From Candidatus Bathyarchaeia archaeon (lineage in GTDB: Archaea; Thermoproteota; Bathyarchaeia; Bathyarchaeales; Bathycorpusculaceae), in assembly GCA_049512935.1 (NCBI GenBank), contig JBEKWR010000003.1, forward strand, positions 1-64,000: a DNA stretch of 64,000 nt, read 5' to 3'. A model generated the notes under the pieces. It had not been told where the DNA came from. It was given only the letters and a program-made list of their open reading frames with translations, and did not search any database. The first letter of the stretch is position 1; each line of letters starts with the position of its first letter. The translations under genes were made by a program, and so were the position numbers. Below are positions 1 through 9,866 of the stretch, piece by piece.

Positions 1-1047
1 GAAGCGGGTGAAGGATTTCTCAACGTTAACGGTTTAGTTTTCAAGAAGAACGGCGAGGTCGTCAGGAATCCTCCCAGCGAGTTTATCGATGACTTGGATT
101 CTGTTCCGTACCCTGCTTGGCATCTGATGTCAATTGAGAAGTACATCGCGTCGGGGCAGGCGCATGGGAGCCAGAGAAGAAAACGTTACTTCCCGATGGT
201 TACCAGCCGCGGATGCCCTGGCAGATGCGTTTTCTGCTCAATCCACGCGGTTTGGGGGCATCGGTGGCGGGCTCGAAGTCCAGAGAACGTTGTAGGCGAA
301 ATCGAAACGCTTGTTTCCAAGTATGGGATTCGCGAAATTCATTTTGAAGATGACAACCTGACCTTGTCTAAGCAGAGGATGATGCGGATTTGCGAATTGA
401 TTCTTGAGCGCGGCTTGGATATTACTTGGCTGACTCCGAACGGCGTGGCAGTCAACACTTTGGACTTTGGTTTGCTTGAAAAAATGAGGAAATCCGGGTG
501 CTATCAGTTAAGCTTCGGGATCGAGTCGGGGGATCCCAGTGTCCTTAAGAATATTATTCATAAACCTTTGAACCTAGACAGGGTTAAACAGATCGTGGAT
601 TGCTCAAAGAGGCTTGGAATCTGGACGCACGGCTTTTTCGTTATCGGTTTCCCAGGGGAATCCGCTGAGAGTATTCGGAGAACCATTAACTTTGCCAAGG
701 AAGCGGACTTTGACAGCGCCAACTTTTTTATCGCTGCGCCTTACCCGGGAACACCGCTGTACTCTCTTGCGGCTTCTGAAGGTTTAATACGGGACGATTT
801 TGATTTTTCAAAGCTTCGAACAATGGACGCCTCAATCGATACTGGATGCTTTAAGGCGAAAGACTTGGTTGTCCTGCAAAAGAGAGCCTACCTTGAATTC
901 ATAAATCACAGGGTAAAAAAGGAGTTTCTGAACGGCTATTTCGTGATACGGCTGTTAAGAAATCGTTCTCCTGATGACCTGTCATTTTTCATGCAGAAAA
1001 TCAAACAGCGCGTTATACCCACCATCGGGCTTGACACGTCAAAGTAG
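1..1047 (+). CDS. Radical SAM protein, probably B12-binding class (5' end outside window)
   Basis: SRGCPGRCVFC CxxxCxxC motif, FEDDNL, GIESG, GFPGE; frame is open back to position 1. Confidence 0.85.
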   Translation, partial: EAGEGFLNVNGLVFKKNGEVVRNPPSEFIDDLDSVPYPAWHLMSIEKYIASGQAHGSQRRKRYFPMVTSRGCPGRCVFCSIHAVWGHRWRARSPENVVGEIETLVSKYGIREIHFEDDNLTLSKQRMMRICELILERGLDITWLTPNGVAVNTLDFGLLEKMRKSGCYQLSFGIESGDPSVLKNIIHKPLNLDRVKQIVDCSKRLGIWTHGFFVIGFPGESAESIRRTINFAKEADFDSANFFIAAPYPGTPLYSLAASEGLIRDDFDFSKLRTMDASIDTGCFKAKDLVVLQKRAYLEFINHRVKKEFLNGYFVIRLLRNRSPDDLSFFMQKIKQRVIPTIGLDTSK

Positions 1048-1326
1048 AAGACTGCATTTTTCAAATTCACTTTGAAAGCAATGGACGGTTAAATCACAAG
1101 TCAAAAGGTAAATCGGGGCGCTTTAAGTTTTTACGCGGTTTGTCCGAACCAAGATGCGGTTCTCTTTAGACCCTTCGTTCAAAGTTCAAGTTAGGTTTCT
1201 GTTTCAACAGTTCTTCTAAAGTAGCGATTACTTTAAAGTGCCGGCTTTACGGTTCCCAACTTAAAAGATGGAAGCAAAGGAGTTTTATAATCGCCCGTTG
1301 CGTGGTTAACTTGGCCAACAAACCTT

Positions 1327-1800
1327 TTAGTGGAAGCCTATCAGTTCCTTTCGTGCCTTCCAGAAGTCCTTGAACCATTCATCTTGGAGAATTGAATCAC
1401 GAATCTCATCAGCCACTGCTGGTCCCATGCTGCTTAGAAGCTGAGCTTGAACCATTTGGTCAATCTCGTCATCTTCAACCTTTCCATTTTCTGGTTCTTG
1501 CCCCGCCTTTTTTACCTCAACGCTTGCTTTCTTGCTTAAACTTTTCTTACCTGCTTTCTTTGCGATTTCTGCCTCTAAATCTGCAACCTTCTTTTCCAAA
1601 GCATGAATCTCGTCTTCTTCAGAAGTGTCTGCATGCGTTATCTGCTTTTCTAGTTCCTCCAGTGGATTCACGAAATCCTCGTATGTCATTTTCTTTGGCG
1701 CTGATTCGCCCGGTGCAGAGTTCTCTACGTCTTGCGTCTTCTGTGAAGACGCGTCCTGCTGACTATTAAGTTCCGACAAAGCTTTCACCTCCGTTTTCAA
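1327..1800 (-). CDS. Acidic coiled-coil protein, possibly a scaffold/prohead-protease C-terminal remnant
   Basis: 157-aa ORF, heptad-like EIHALEKKVADLEAEIAKK; lies near a terminase gene; function is inference. Confidence 0.4.
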   Translation of the reverse strand: MKTEVKALSELNSQQDASSQKTQDVENSAPGESAPKKMTYEDFVNPLEELEKQITHADTSEEDEIHALEKKVADLEAEIAKKAGKKSLSKKASVEVKKAGQEPENGKVEDDEIDQMVQAQLLSSMGPAVADEIRDSILQDEWFKDFWKARKELIGFH

Positions 1801-2262
1801 AGTCTTTTGTTTTCAGGTTCTTGCAGCCTTTAACGCTTAGAACCCACATCTTTCACTTGCCTGTGACAAATGACCAAGATACGTTACGAGTTCCCACTAG
1901 ATGGGGGCGTTCTAACCAAACCTCATCACAGTTCGCAAAAATAACACTATCCCACTCTAATTATGGTCAAACAAAAGCGGGCAACTTCAAAAATCAAACC
2001 ATTCAGACAATCAATACTTCCAAAAAACCTAATATCCTCACACACCACTCGACGGCGGCGACAATAACCCACCAACTGCCAAAGACTTATTTAGACTTTT
2101 GTGACATCAACCACTCAAACTCTCCCAAACCAACCTGCCAAACTAAACACGAAAAAATAACTAACCTTTCTCACAAACGGACCACAATCAAGCTCAATAG
2201 TCGTCTTTACTCGTTAGGACGCATAGCTTGTGACAAATATGGGAATATCTTGATTTCAAAAC

Positions 2263-3027
2263 TCAAAAACTTCTCAGAAGTTTGCGGTAATTTGGTATGT
2301 CGCGCAACTCTTGGATAGGAACGAATCCTCTTCCTGTGACCCAATATTGAGGTGACGGAGCTTCGCTGCCGAAGATTCGATACCATTGCATCTTTGTTTC
2401 TTCAGGCCATCTAATTTCAGTTAAAGTAATCTCTGCAGGAACTAAATCTGGGTAATTTTTGGCAATCATTTCTGCATTTCTTAACATGGTCGCTGAAGCC
2501 TTACTTATTGCATCGTTTGACAATGCTTCTAATTTGGGGTTTTGCTCATATCGTTCTTTCCAGCTAAGCCAACCTGCTAAGTTGATTACTTCCTTTGCTT
2601 CTCTTTCGACATTTTCTTGAGGTTCTTTCCATCCTGTCTCAGGAGCAAGCGCATAAAGAATGGACTTTGTAATTTCTGGATGTTTACCCGCTCGGCATGC
2701 GACTTCCTTCACTGTTGGCTCTCTGAAAAATCTTAATTCACATCTCAATTCTTCTAGCGCTTTTTTGACGTTTTCCATTTCAGCTTTTGTATAACGAGCG
2801 GGACTTTCGTTAATTGCAGGAGGACCAAACTCTGTTAAACCATAAATGACTGTGCGATCAGGAAAGACGTGTTTTTTGATTTGATTGCTTCGATAAGCTT
2901 TGCGTATGACAGTTCTAGCCTGTCTTTCCGATATTCTTCTTTTCTCGGCTATCATCTTGGCAAAATCTGTTGCCCCTATCCACTTGCCGTGCTTAAGTAG
3001 GACTTCATGAGCGGAAGTTTCATCCAT
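2263..3027 (-). CDS. Hypothetical protein with HTH-like segments
   Basis: 254-aa ATG ORF divergent from the ParB-like gene; ATDFAKMIAEKRRISERQARTVIR and PTVKEVACRAG look HTH-like. Confidence 0.6.
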   Translation of the reverse strand: MDETSAHEVLLKHGKWIGATDFAKMIAEKRRISERQARTVIRKAYRSNQIKKHVFPDRTVIYGLTEFGPPAINESPARYTKAEMENVKKALEELRCELRFFREPTVKEVACRAGKHPEITKSILYALAPETGWKEPQENVEREAKEVINLAGWLSWKERYEQNPKLEALSNDAISKASATMLRNAEMIAKNYPDLVPAEITLTEIRWPEETKMQWYRIFGSEAPSPQYWVTGRGFVPIQELRDIPNYRKLLRSF

Positions 3028-3093
3028 AGTTTACCATTTCACAAAACGCCTATCATTCAATTCACAATTTATAACTTTCTGAGGCTTCGGGCA

Positions 3094-3657
3094 ATGAAAA
3101 AGAAATCAACCCTTAAGGTTCCTGACGCTTATCTGCCGCTGGTTGAAGACCTTCGTGTTCTTAAAAGTGACAAAAATAACCCTAATAATATGACAATAGC
3201 ACAGAAGGATCAGGTTTGGCTTAGCCTTCAGAAGTACGGTTGGACCTACCCTATTATAACTAACAAGGAAGGCGTTTTTGCTGATGGTGAACAACGAGCT
3301 GAAGTCTGCAAGGACCATGGCGAATTTTTCGCTCCTGTTCTTAGATTGCCTGTTTCTGATGTTGATAGGAGAATGCTTCGGCAGATTCTTAACAAGCTTA
3401 GGGGCAAGCATAGCAAGGAGCTTGATGGCGCTGAGTACATGCGCATCATAGAGGCTGGCGAGAAAAACTGCCTAAAAACCTTGTTAGAATCCATCGGTGA
3501 GAAACTTCCAGAAGAACTCGACGGAGAGGGCGAAGGCGCGGGCGTTATACCTGGTAGTTACGAGCTTATCATAGAATGCAAAGACGAGGCACAGCAACAG
3601 TATTTTTTCGATAAACTCAAGGCTGAAGGCTACAGAGTCCGAGTCCTGAATCTTTAG
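3094..3657 (+). CDS. ParB/Srx-like N-terminal domain protein (viral type)
   Basis: NPNNM...SLQKYGWTYPII...DGEQR pattern of ParB-N; TTTATAA at 3068-3074 fits a start at ATG 3094. Confidence 0.75.
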   Translation: MKKKSTLKVPDAYLPLVEDLRVLKSDKNNPNNMTIAQKDQVWLSLQKYGWTYPIITNKEGVFADGEQRAEVCKDHGEFFAPVLRLPVSDVDRRMLRQILNKLRGKHSKELDGAEYMRIIEAGEKNCLKTLLESIGEKLPEELDGEGEGAGVIPGSYELIIECKDEAQQQYFFDKLKAEGYRVRVLNL

Positions 3658-3670
3658 GCGGCTGAACAGT

Positions 3671-4354
3671 TTGGATTTTGATTTTGTTAATAGTTGGCGT
3701 GAACCAGAAAGCTTTCGGGCGCAAAGCGTTGTTGGCAGTTTCACTCTGAACGATGTTAAACTGCAGAAGCGTTTCAAAGGTTCAATGCCGATAGAAGAAC
3801 ACGAATGGCAGATCGGCATTATTGTTGGGCGCAGCGGCTCAGGCAAATCAAGCATAGCAAAACAGCTCTTCCCAGACGCATACATCACTGGCTTTGAGTA
3901 CACTCACCAATGCATCTTGGACGACTTGGCTGAAGATATAGAAACAAGTGAAATAACGCGCTTGCTCTGTAGCGTCGGGTTTGCTAGCCCTCCAGACTGG
4001 CTTAAAGCTTACAGCTGTCTTAGCCAAGGGGAGAAGATGCGCGTCGACATCGCTCGCGCTCTTAGTCTGCACAAGAAACTTGTCGTCTTTGATGAGTTCA
4101 CGTCGGTCGTGGATCGAGAGGTTGCCAAGATCGCTTCATACGCAATTAGCAAGGCAATTAAGCGTCAAAAAGACAGGAAATTCATAGCCGTAACCTGCCA
4201 TTACGACGTGGTTGACTGGCTGGATCCTGACTGGGTTTTTTGCACTGACACAATGGAATTTGACCGAAAAAAAGAACTCGGCCGTCCGTTGAACTCAAGG
4301 TTTATCGGTGCGGCGCTTCTATGTGGAAAATGTTTCGGCAGTATCACTATTTGA
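3671..4354 (+). CDS. ABC-type ATPase (N-terminal part of a probable ATPase-GNAT fusion)
   Basis: Walker A GRSGSGKS, signature LSQGEKMR, Walker B VVFDEF, H-loop VTCH; no membrane partner. Confidence 0.85.
   Translation: MDFDFVNSWREPESFRAQSVVGSFTLNDVKLQKRFKGSMPIEEHEWQIGIIVGRSGSGKSSIAKQLFPDAYITGFEYTHQCILDDLAEDIETSEITRLLCSVGFASPPDWLKAYSCLSQGEKMRVDIARALSLHKKLVVFDEFTSVVDREVAKIASYAISKAIKRQKDRKFIAVTCHYDVVDWLDPDWVFCTDTMEFDRKKELGRPLNSRFIGAALLCGKCFGSITI
4267..4314 (+). promoter_or_regulatory. Candidate -1 programmed ribosomal frameshift signal
   Basis: In-frame A_AAA_AAA at 4267-4273, 7-nt spacer, hairpin 4281-4314; the -1 frame is open from 4264 into the GNAT ORF. Confidence 0.65.
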
Positions 4355-4791
4355 ATGGGAAACTTGGAGCAGGCGTCAGATGCTATGTTGCCTTTTACCA
4401 AGAAAGGCCTGTAGCCTTTATTGCGGTTGCACATGTGCATATGAGAGGGCACTTTTTCCGTGTTAGCCGTTTGGTGGTGTCGCCTGACTATCAGGGCATA
4501 GGCATTGGAAAACGTTTGCTAAACTTTATCGCTGAACTCTATACTTCTCAGATGAATTTACCCTTTTTTCTGGTAACGAGCAATCCTCAACTCATCCGTG
4601 GAAACTTACGGAACTGGAGAGTAAAGCGTGTTGGCCATGTCAGCAGCCAGGGAGGAGAGGACAATCGGTTAAATCGAGGGCTAGCCAAGTCGATCAGTAG
4701 GGGGCGTCTCACTGTATCTCTTCAATATGTACCTCAGAAACGACCCTGTCAAACCAAAGACAATTCTTCAAAGGCACCGGATTATGAATGA
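4321..4791 (+). CDS. GNAT-family acetyltransferase (Mom-like), likely expressed as a frameshift fusion
   Basis: SRLVVSPDYQGIGIGKRLL acetyl-CoA motif A; WKMFRQYHYL. Confidence 0.8.
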   Translation: MWKMFRQYHYLNGKLGAGVRCYVAFYQERPVAFIAVAHVHMRGHFFRVSRLVVSPDYQGIGIGKRLLNFIAELYTSQMNLPFFLVTSNPQLIRGNLRNWRVKRVGHVSSQGGEDNRLNRGLAKSISRGRLTVSLQYVPQKRPCQTKDNSSKAPDYE

Positions 4792-5185
4792 CAAAACGCT
4801 TGATAGACGATTGGATTTGTTGAGGCTTGAAGGAAACGGTTTGCAGCCTTCAGAAATTGTAAAAGAGCTAAGCGCGAAGTATGCAGTTACTCAGCGTGCA
4901 GTTTACGCGGACTTTGAAACTAGAAGTAGCTGGCAGCCTTTTTTGCAGGAGATGAAGGAGGCGCTGCTGAAGGTTCGTAATAGGCATGAGCAGCTGTATC
5001 GAAAAGCTATAGTTGCATATATGCAAGCTAAGTCTGACCGTGCGCGGATAGCTGCTTTGAATCTTTTGCGCCAAATAAACTTTGATCTCGCTGAATTGAC
5101 TGGCGCCAAATCTCAAAAGCCTTCCGAGCCTGAAGAAAGTGTTATCAAATGGGAGGACCCCAAAGAATGCAAAAAACAATACTGA
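4784..5185 (+). CDS. Putative terminase small subunit (HTH protein)
   Basis: N-terminal HTH (PSEIVKELSAKYAVTQRAVYAD); overlaps both the GNAT stop and the TerL start. Confidence 0.55.
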   Translation: MNDKTLDRRLDLLRLEGNGLQPSEIVKELSAKYAVTQRAVYADFETRSSWQPFLQEMKEALLKVRNRHEQLYRKAIVAYMQAKSDRARIAALNLLRQINFDLAELTGAKSQKPSEPEESVIKWEDPKECKKQY

Positions 5186-6414
5186 TACAATACAAGCCTC
5201 ATCCCGGGCAACTTGATTTTCATATGTCTTGCGCAAGATTTAGGGTACTTAACTGTGGTCGTCGCTGGGGTAAAACGATTGCAGGCGCTAACGAGTTCAT
5301 AAGACAAATATGGAAACAAGGCAAGGACATTGTGGGCTTTGCTGTTGCACCGACGTATTGGCACACTCAGCGGCAATGGAGTGAATTCTTCAACTTTTGT
5401 CCTCCTGAGCTTATAGTGAGTATTCATCGCGCTGATCGGCATGTTATCCTCAAGGGTGACCGCGATGTCTGGTTTAAGAGTGCAGAGAATCCTGATTCAC
5501 TAAGGAGTCAAGGCGTGAAGGTTCTCTGGGTTGATGAGGGTGCGCAGATTGCTGAGGAAGCTTGGACTCTTGCGCTTAGACCCGCACTTATGGATGGGAA
5601 AGGAATAGCTTTTTTTACGGGTACGCCAAGAGGGCATAACTGGTATTTTGGGCTATGGACCCGCGGGCAAGACCCGTCTCAAACTGATTACAAGAGCTGG
5701 AGTTTCCCAAGCGCCAGTAACCCGTATTTGGATCCAGCGGAGATTGTGGCTTTCGCTAGAGATATGCCAGAGCTGGCTTACCGTCAAGAGGTTCTTGCTG
5801 AGTTTCTTGAGGATGTTGGCAGTGTTTTCCGAGGTGTTGACCGCATAGTCAAAGGGAGCTTTCAACCTTTTTCAAAACACAAACAGTATGTTATGGGTGC
5901 TGACCTCGCGAAGCTCGAAGACTTCACGGTGCTTTGCGTTTTAGACGTGGCCGGACACCTCTGCGCTTTCGACAGGTTCAGCCAGGTAGACTGGGTTTTG
6001 CAGCGTAAACGCATAGTTCAACTTGCCCAGCGATATGATGCTCGTTTGCTTATTGACAGCTCAGGTGTCGGTGACCCAATCTGCGACGATCTTCACCGCG
6101 AAAATATCCGAGTAGAAGGGTACAAGTTCACGAACGCAACAAAAAAAGACCTGATCGAAAACTTAAGCATAATGATTGAGAATCAGCAGCTGACGTTACC
6201 GCAGGTTCCCGAGTTGATTAATGAGCTTAAAATGTACGGTTACAAGACTACGCCAAGTGGAAATGTGCAGTATGGGGCGCCCGAAGGCTACCACGATGAC
6301 TGCGTTGTAGCTTTAGCGTTGGCTGCTTGGCAACTAAAACGAACTCCACCTCCAGGCACGGGCGCTTTCTTTATCCCCCATTTAATTTCTAAAATGACAT
6401 TTCGTTTGACATAA
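5167..6414 (+). CDS. Terminase large subunit
   Basis: HPGQ adenine-binding motif, Walker A CGRRWGKT, Walker B LWVDE, TGTP coupling motif, nuclease GADLA...DFT...HDDCV. Confidence 0.92.
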   Translation: MQKTILIQYKPHPGQLDFHMSCARFRVLNCGRRWGKTIAGANEFIRQIWKQGKDIVGFAVAPTYWHTQRQWSEFFNFCPPELIVSIHRADRHVILKGDRDVWFKSAENPDSLRSQGVKVLWVDEGAQIAEEAWTLALRPALMDGKGIAFFTGTPRGHNWYFGLWTRGQDPSQTDYKSWSFPSASNPYLDPAEIVAFARDMPELAYRQEVLAEFLEDVGSVFRGVDRIVKGSFQPFSKHKQYVMGADLAKLEDFTVLCVLDVAGHLCAFDRFSQVDWVLQRKRIVQLAQRYDARLLIDSSGVGDPICDDLHRENIRVEGYKFTNATKKDLIENLSIMIENQQLTLPQVPELINELKMYGYKTTPSGNVQYGAPEGYHDDCVVALALAAWQLKRTPPPGTGAFFIPHLISKMTFRLT

Positions 6415-6551
6415 GAAAAAGCAAGAACTAACGTCCTACTCTCTCCCCTATTTATAGCGCTCTGGCACCCAACGGCAAGAGTCTCTTCCATTAAAAAACA
6501 GTTTTCTTACGGAAACACCACGACCTGCAAAAGCCAAAATAAACCTGTGGC

Positions 6552-7562
6552 TCATGAATGTTGCAAGAACCAAGCCACAGTTCTCTTTAGTCCTTCCTCT
6601 AAGTTTACGTTTGGCTTCCATTCAGCAAGCCGCAGCAGTTTAGATGTGTCGGGGCAGCGTCTTTTCGGGTCATCTTTAGGCAACGGATGGAATTCTATGG
6701 TTGACTTGGTTTTTGTTGCTTCTTGAACTTTCTTTGCCAACTCTAGAATGGTGGTTTCTTCTATGCTGCCCACGTTGACGACTTCGCCCTTGGCTTTCGG
6801 GCTAGCCATCAGCAGCATTAACGCCGTTACCGTATCGGTTATGTAGCAGAAGGACCGCGTTTGCCTTCCGTCGCCGTAAACCGTTATGGGTTGATTAGTC
6901 AACGCCTGTGAAATAAACCGGGACATGACCCTTCCGTACAAGCCGTCTTCCCGCAAGCGGGGACCGTAAGTGTTGAAGATTCTTGGAATCCTCACGTCCA
7001 GCCCATAATGTGCGCTGTAGGCGACAAGCAGAGCCTCGGCAAAACGTTTGCCCTCATCATAACAGGACCTGGGTCCGATCGGGTTGACTTTTCCCCAGTA
7101 ACTCTCAGGGGTGGGAATGATCTCTGTGTCGCCGTAAACTTCCGAGGTTGAAGCAAACAACAGAGCGGCGTCGTTTTTTCTTGCCAGCTCCGCCATGGCG
7201 AAGGTTCCTGCCGCGCTGGTCTGCAGGGTCTCAATGGGGTGCGCTTGGTAATCGTCGGGCGATGCGTGGGCTGCCAAGTGGAAGATGAAATCAAACTTTT
7301 TCTTGTCGTCGAACGTGCAAACGTCTGACTTCACAAATTCAAACAGCGAGTTTTTAGTCAAGTGGTCAATGTTTTTGTTTCTTCCAGTCGACAAGTCGTC
7401 TACGGCGGTCACTTGGGCGCCTGACTCAACCAGCACGTCGCAGAGCCAACTGCCGATAAATCCTGCGCCGCCAGTCACGAGTGCTCTTTTTCCTGCGAAA
7501 TCAGCTCGCCTAACGACGCTTCTTATCTTTTCAAGATCTTCCCTGATTATGTTGTTGATCAT
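6552..7562 (-). CDS. UDP-glucuronate decarboxylase (UDP-xylose synthase)
   Basis: GGAGFIG, STSEVYGD, YWGKVNPIGPRSCYDEGKR, RIFNTYGPR. Confidence 0.9.
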   Translation of the reverse strand: MINNIIREDLEKIRSVVRRADFAGKRALVTGGAGFIGSWLCDVLVESGAQVTAVDDLSTGRNKNIDHLTKNSLFEFVKSDVCTFDDKKKFDFIFHLAAHASPDDYQAHPIETLQTSAAGTFAMAELARKNDAALLFASTSEVYGDTEIIPTPESYWGKVNPIGPRSCYDEGKRFAEALLVAYSAHYGLDVRIPRIFNTYGPRLREDGLYGRVMSRFISQALTNQPITVYGDGRQTRSFCYITDTVTALMLLMASPKAKGEVVNVGSIEETTILELAKKVQEATKTKSTIEFHPLPKDDPKRRCPDTSKLLRLAEWKPNVNLEEGLKRTVAWFLQHS

Positions 7563-8431
7563 GGGTTTGGTACCTTGCAGAATTGTTTGTGTGACAGCTC
7601 TAAAGCTTGCCAGTACCTTTCAGGGCTTCCGATGTCCAAGTGAGAGTAACTGTTGTCAAGCCTGACGGCGATGACCTTTAAGCCCCAGTCGATGAGTTTC
7701 TGGATGGCGTCGGTAAGCTGGATTTCACCGTTTTTTCCAGGCTTAGTTATTTCCAAGGCTTCAAAAATTACAGGTTGAAAGGCGTACATCGCCATGACTG
7801 CCCAGCGTGTCTTAGGCTTCTCAGGTTTCTCAACCACGGACTTCACATTGATTATTCCAGACTCCACCTCGCCACCTTCAACAATCCCGTACTGAGTGGG
7901 ATTCTCAATCTCCAAAACCAGAAATGCAGCGTCCGCTTTGAACTGTTCGAAAGCTGCAAGAAGCTTCTTTAAGTAATCCATCTCTTTCGAAATTACGCAG
8001 CTGTCACCTGCGTGGACTAGGCAGCTTTCGTTTTCAACGAAGGGTTGAGCCAACAAGACCGCGTTGCCGAATCCTTTCGGTTCAGGCTGGTTAACCCACA
8101 TCGCCGTCGAAGAATCAAGCTTTCCGTAAAACCTCTCCAGGTCAGATGCTGGTCCATTTTTCCCTGAGCTTTCAAGTGCCTTGATGCATTGCTCGTCAGG
8201 GGTGAAATGGTCCTCTATTCCGCGTTTGCCTCTGCCGACAACGTAGCAAAACTCGCGCATCCCAGCGTCGAAAAGCTGCTCAAAAACCAGTTGCACAACT
8301 GGCTTCACCACCATATCGCCGTGCGGTGTCTTAGTGAAGATGGGCAGCATTTCTTTGGGCTGTTCTTTGGTTGCCGGAAAAAGCCGTGTGCCCAAGCCGG
8401 CTGCTGGAATAATGACCTTTTTAATCATCAA
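7559..8431 (-). CDS. galU: UTP-glucose-1-phosphate uridylyltransferase
   Basis: IPAAGLGTRLFPATKEQPKEMLP, VEKP, GEIQLTDAI. Confidence 0.88.
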   Translation of the reverse strand: MMIKKVIIPAAGLGTRLFPATKEQPKEMLPIFTKTPHGDMVVKPVVQLVFEQLFDAGMREFCYVVGRGKRGIEDHFTPDEQCIKALESSGKNGPASDLERFYGKLDSSTAMWVNQPEPKGFGNAVLLAQPFVENESCLVHAGDSCVISKEMDYLKKLLAAFEQFKADAAFLVLEIENPTQYGIVEGGEVESGIINVKSVVEKPEKPKTRWAVMAMYAFQPVIFEALEITKPGKNGEIQLTDAIQKLIDWGLKVIAVRLDNSYSHLDIGSPERYWQALELSHKQFCKVPNP

Positions 8432-8522
8432 GGAGAACCTTGGCTTTCTTTTCTATGTCAAGCCATATATATCTAATATGATTAATTAATCCAAATTATT
8501 ATTCAAGTTTGGTGCTAAGTGT

Positions 8523-9866
8523 TTGCGTAAGCAGCCGAAAATATCAGTTATAGGTGCAGGTTACGTGGGCTTATGCACGGCGGTTGGGTTTTCAAGCAAA
8601 GGCTATCATGTCACTGTCTCAGAAGTAGATGCGGATAAAGCAGGAAAAATCAATCTGGGAATACCGCCTTTCTATGAGCCTGGGCTTCAGGAGAAGCTTG
8701 CGGCGGGCGTTAGAGACGGCTATCTGAAATGTTTCGTTAACCAAACGTGTAAAGTTGTGCTTGGGTCTGACTTGACTTTTGTGACGGTTGGGACTCCGAG
8801 CAGAACGGACGGCAGTGTGGACCTCTCGTACGTGGAATCAGTGGCGCATGAGGTTGGCGCGGCGCTGAGGCAAAGAAGCAGTTTCCACGTTGTTGTAATC
8901 AAAAGCACAGTTATACCTGGGACAACTCAGAACACTGTGAAACCTGTTCTTGAAAAAGAATCAGGCAAGATTTGTGGTGAACAGTTCGGTTTGTGCATGA
9001 ACCCAGAGTTTCTTCGTCAAGGCTCGGCTTTTCAAGACACCGTGAACGCTGACCGAGTCGTTATAGGCTCTTATGATAAACGGTCAGGCGACATTCTGGA
9101 GGACCTGTACAGGGACTTTTACAGCCCTCAGCTGCCCCCGATAATCAGAACTTCCCTTTCCACGGCGGAACTCATAAAGTACGCGAGCAACGCCATGCTA
9201 GCCACGAAAATCAGCTTCATCAACACGATAGCCAACATTTGCGAAAAAATTCCAGGCGCAGACGTCAAAGAGGTTGCTGCAGCCATAGGTTTGGACAAAC
9301 GCATCGGACCCCACTTTCTGGACGCGGGCTTAGGCTACGGGGGCTCATGCTTCCCCAAAGACGTGCAAGCCCTCATTGCCTGCTCAAAAACTTTAGGCTA
9401 CACCCCTGAGCTTTTGGATTCGGTCGAAAACGTAAACCGTGCGCAACCCCTTAAAGCCGTGGAGTTCTGCAAGCAGCAGCTCGGCAGCTTGGGCGGCAAA
9501 AGAGTTGCGATTTTGGGTTTGTCATTCAAGCCTGACACGGACGATATGAGGGAAGCCCGGGCTATACCCATCATAGACGAGTTGCTAAGAGAAGGGGCAA
9601 GCGTCGCCGCTTATGATCCTGTTGCTGCGTCGTCTGCGAAAACCGTTTTTGGGAGCAAAATCCGCTATGCCCGTTCGGCGCTTGATTGCATTAAAGACGC
9701 GGATTGCGCGATAGTTGTGACTGAATGGCGCGAGTTCCAGGAGTTAACCCCTGAAGATTTCGCGGAGAACATGAGGCAGCCTATACTCATAGATGGACGA
9801 CGCATTTACAGCCCTGAAAAGTACAGCAAGAAACTCAAGTTCGCAGCCATAGGACTAGGCAAGTAA
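8523..9866 (+). CDS. ugd: UDP-glucose 6-dehydrogenase
   Basis: GAGYVG, NPEFLRQG, GYGGSCFPKD, FKPDTDDMRE. Confidence 0.92.
   Translation: MRKQPKISVIGAGYVGLCTAVGFSSKGYHVTVSEVDADKAGKINLGIPPFYEPGLQEKLAAGVRDGYLKCFVNQTCKVVLGSDLTFVTVGTPSRTDGSVDLSYVESVAHEVGAALRQRSSFHVVVIKSTVIPGTTQNTVKPVLEKESGKICGEQFGLCMNPEFLRQGSAFQDTVNADRVVIGSYDKRSGDILEDLYRDFYSPQLPPIIRTSLSTAELIKYASNAMLATKISFINTIANICEKIPGADVKEVAAAIGLDKRIGPHFLDAGLGYGGSCFPKDVQALIACSKTLGYTPELLDSVENVNRAQPLKAVEFCKQQLGSLGGKRVAILGLSFKPDTDDMREARAIPIIDELLREGASVAAYDPVAASSAKTVFGSKIRYARSALDCIKDADCAIVVTEWREFQELTPEDFAENMRQPILIDGRRIYSPEKYSKKLKFAAIGLGK

Noticed and set aside
1821-2318. 165-aa ORF
   Set aside because: A/C-skewed low-complexity sequence, TTG start, no motif, overlaps a convergent gene.
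1327-6414. Complete provirus
   Set aside because: No integrase, att repeats, portal, capsid or tail genes are visible in the window.
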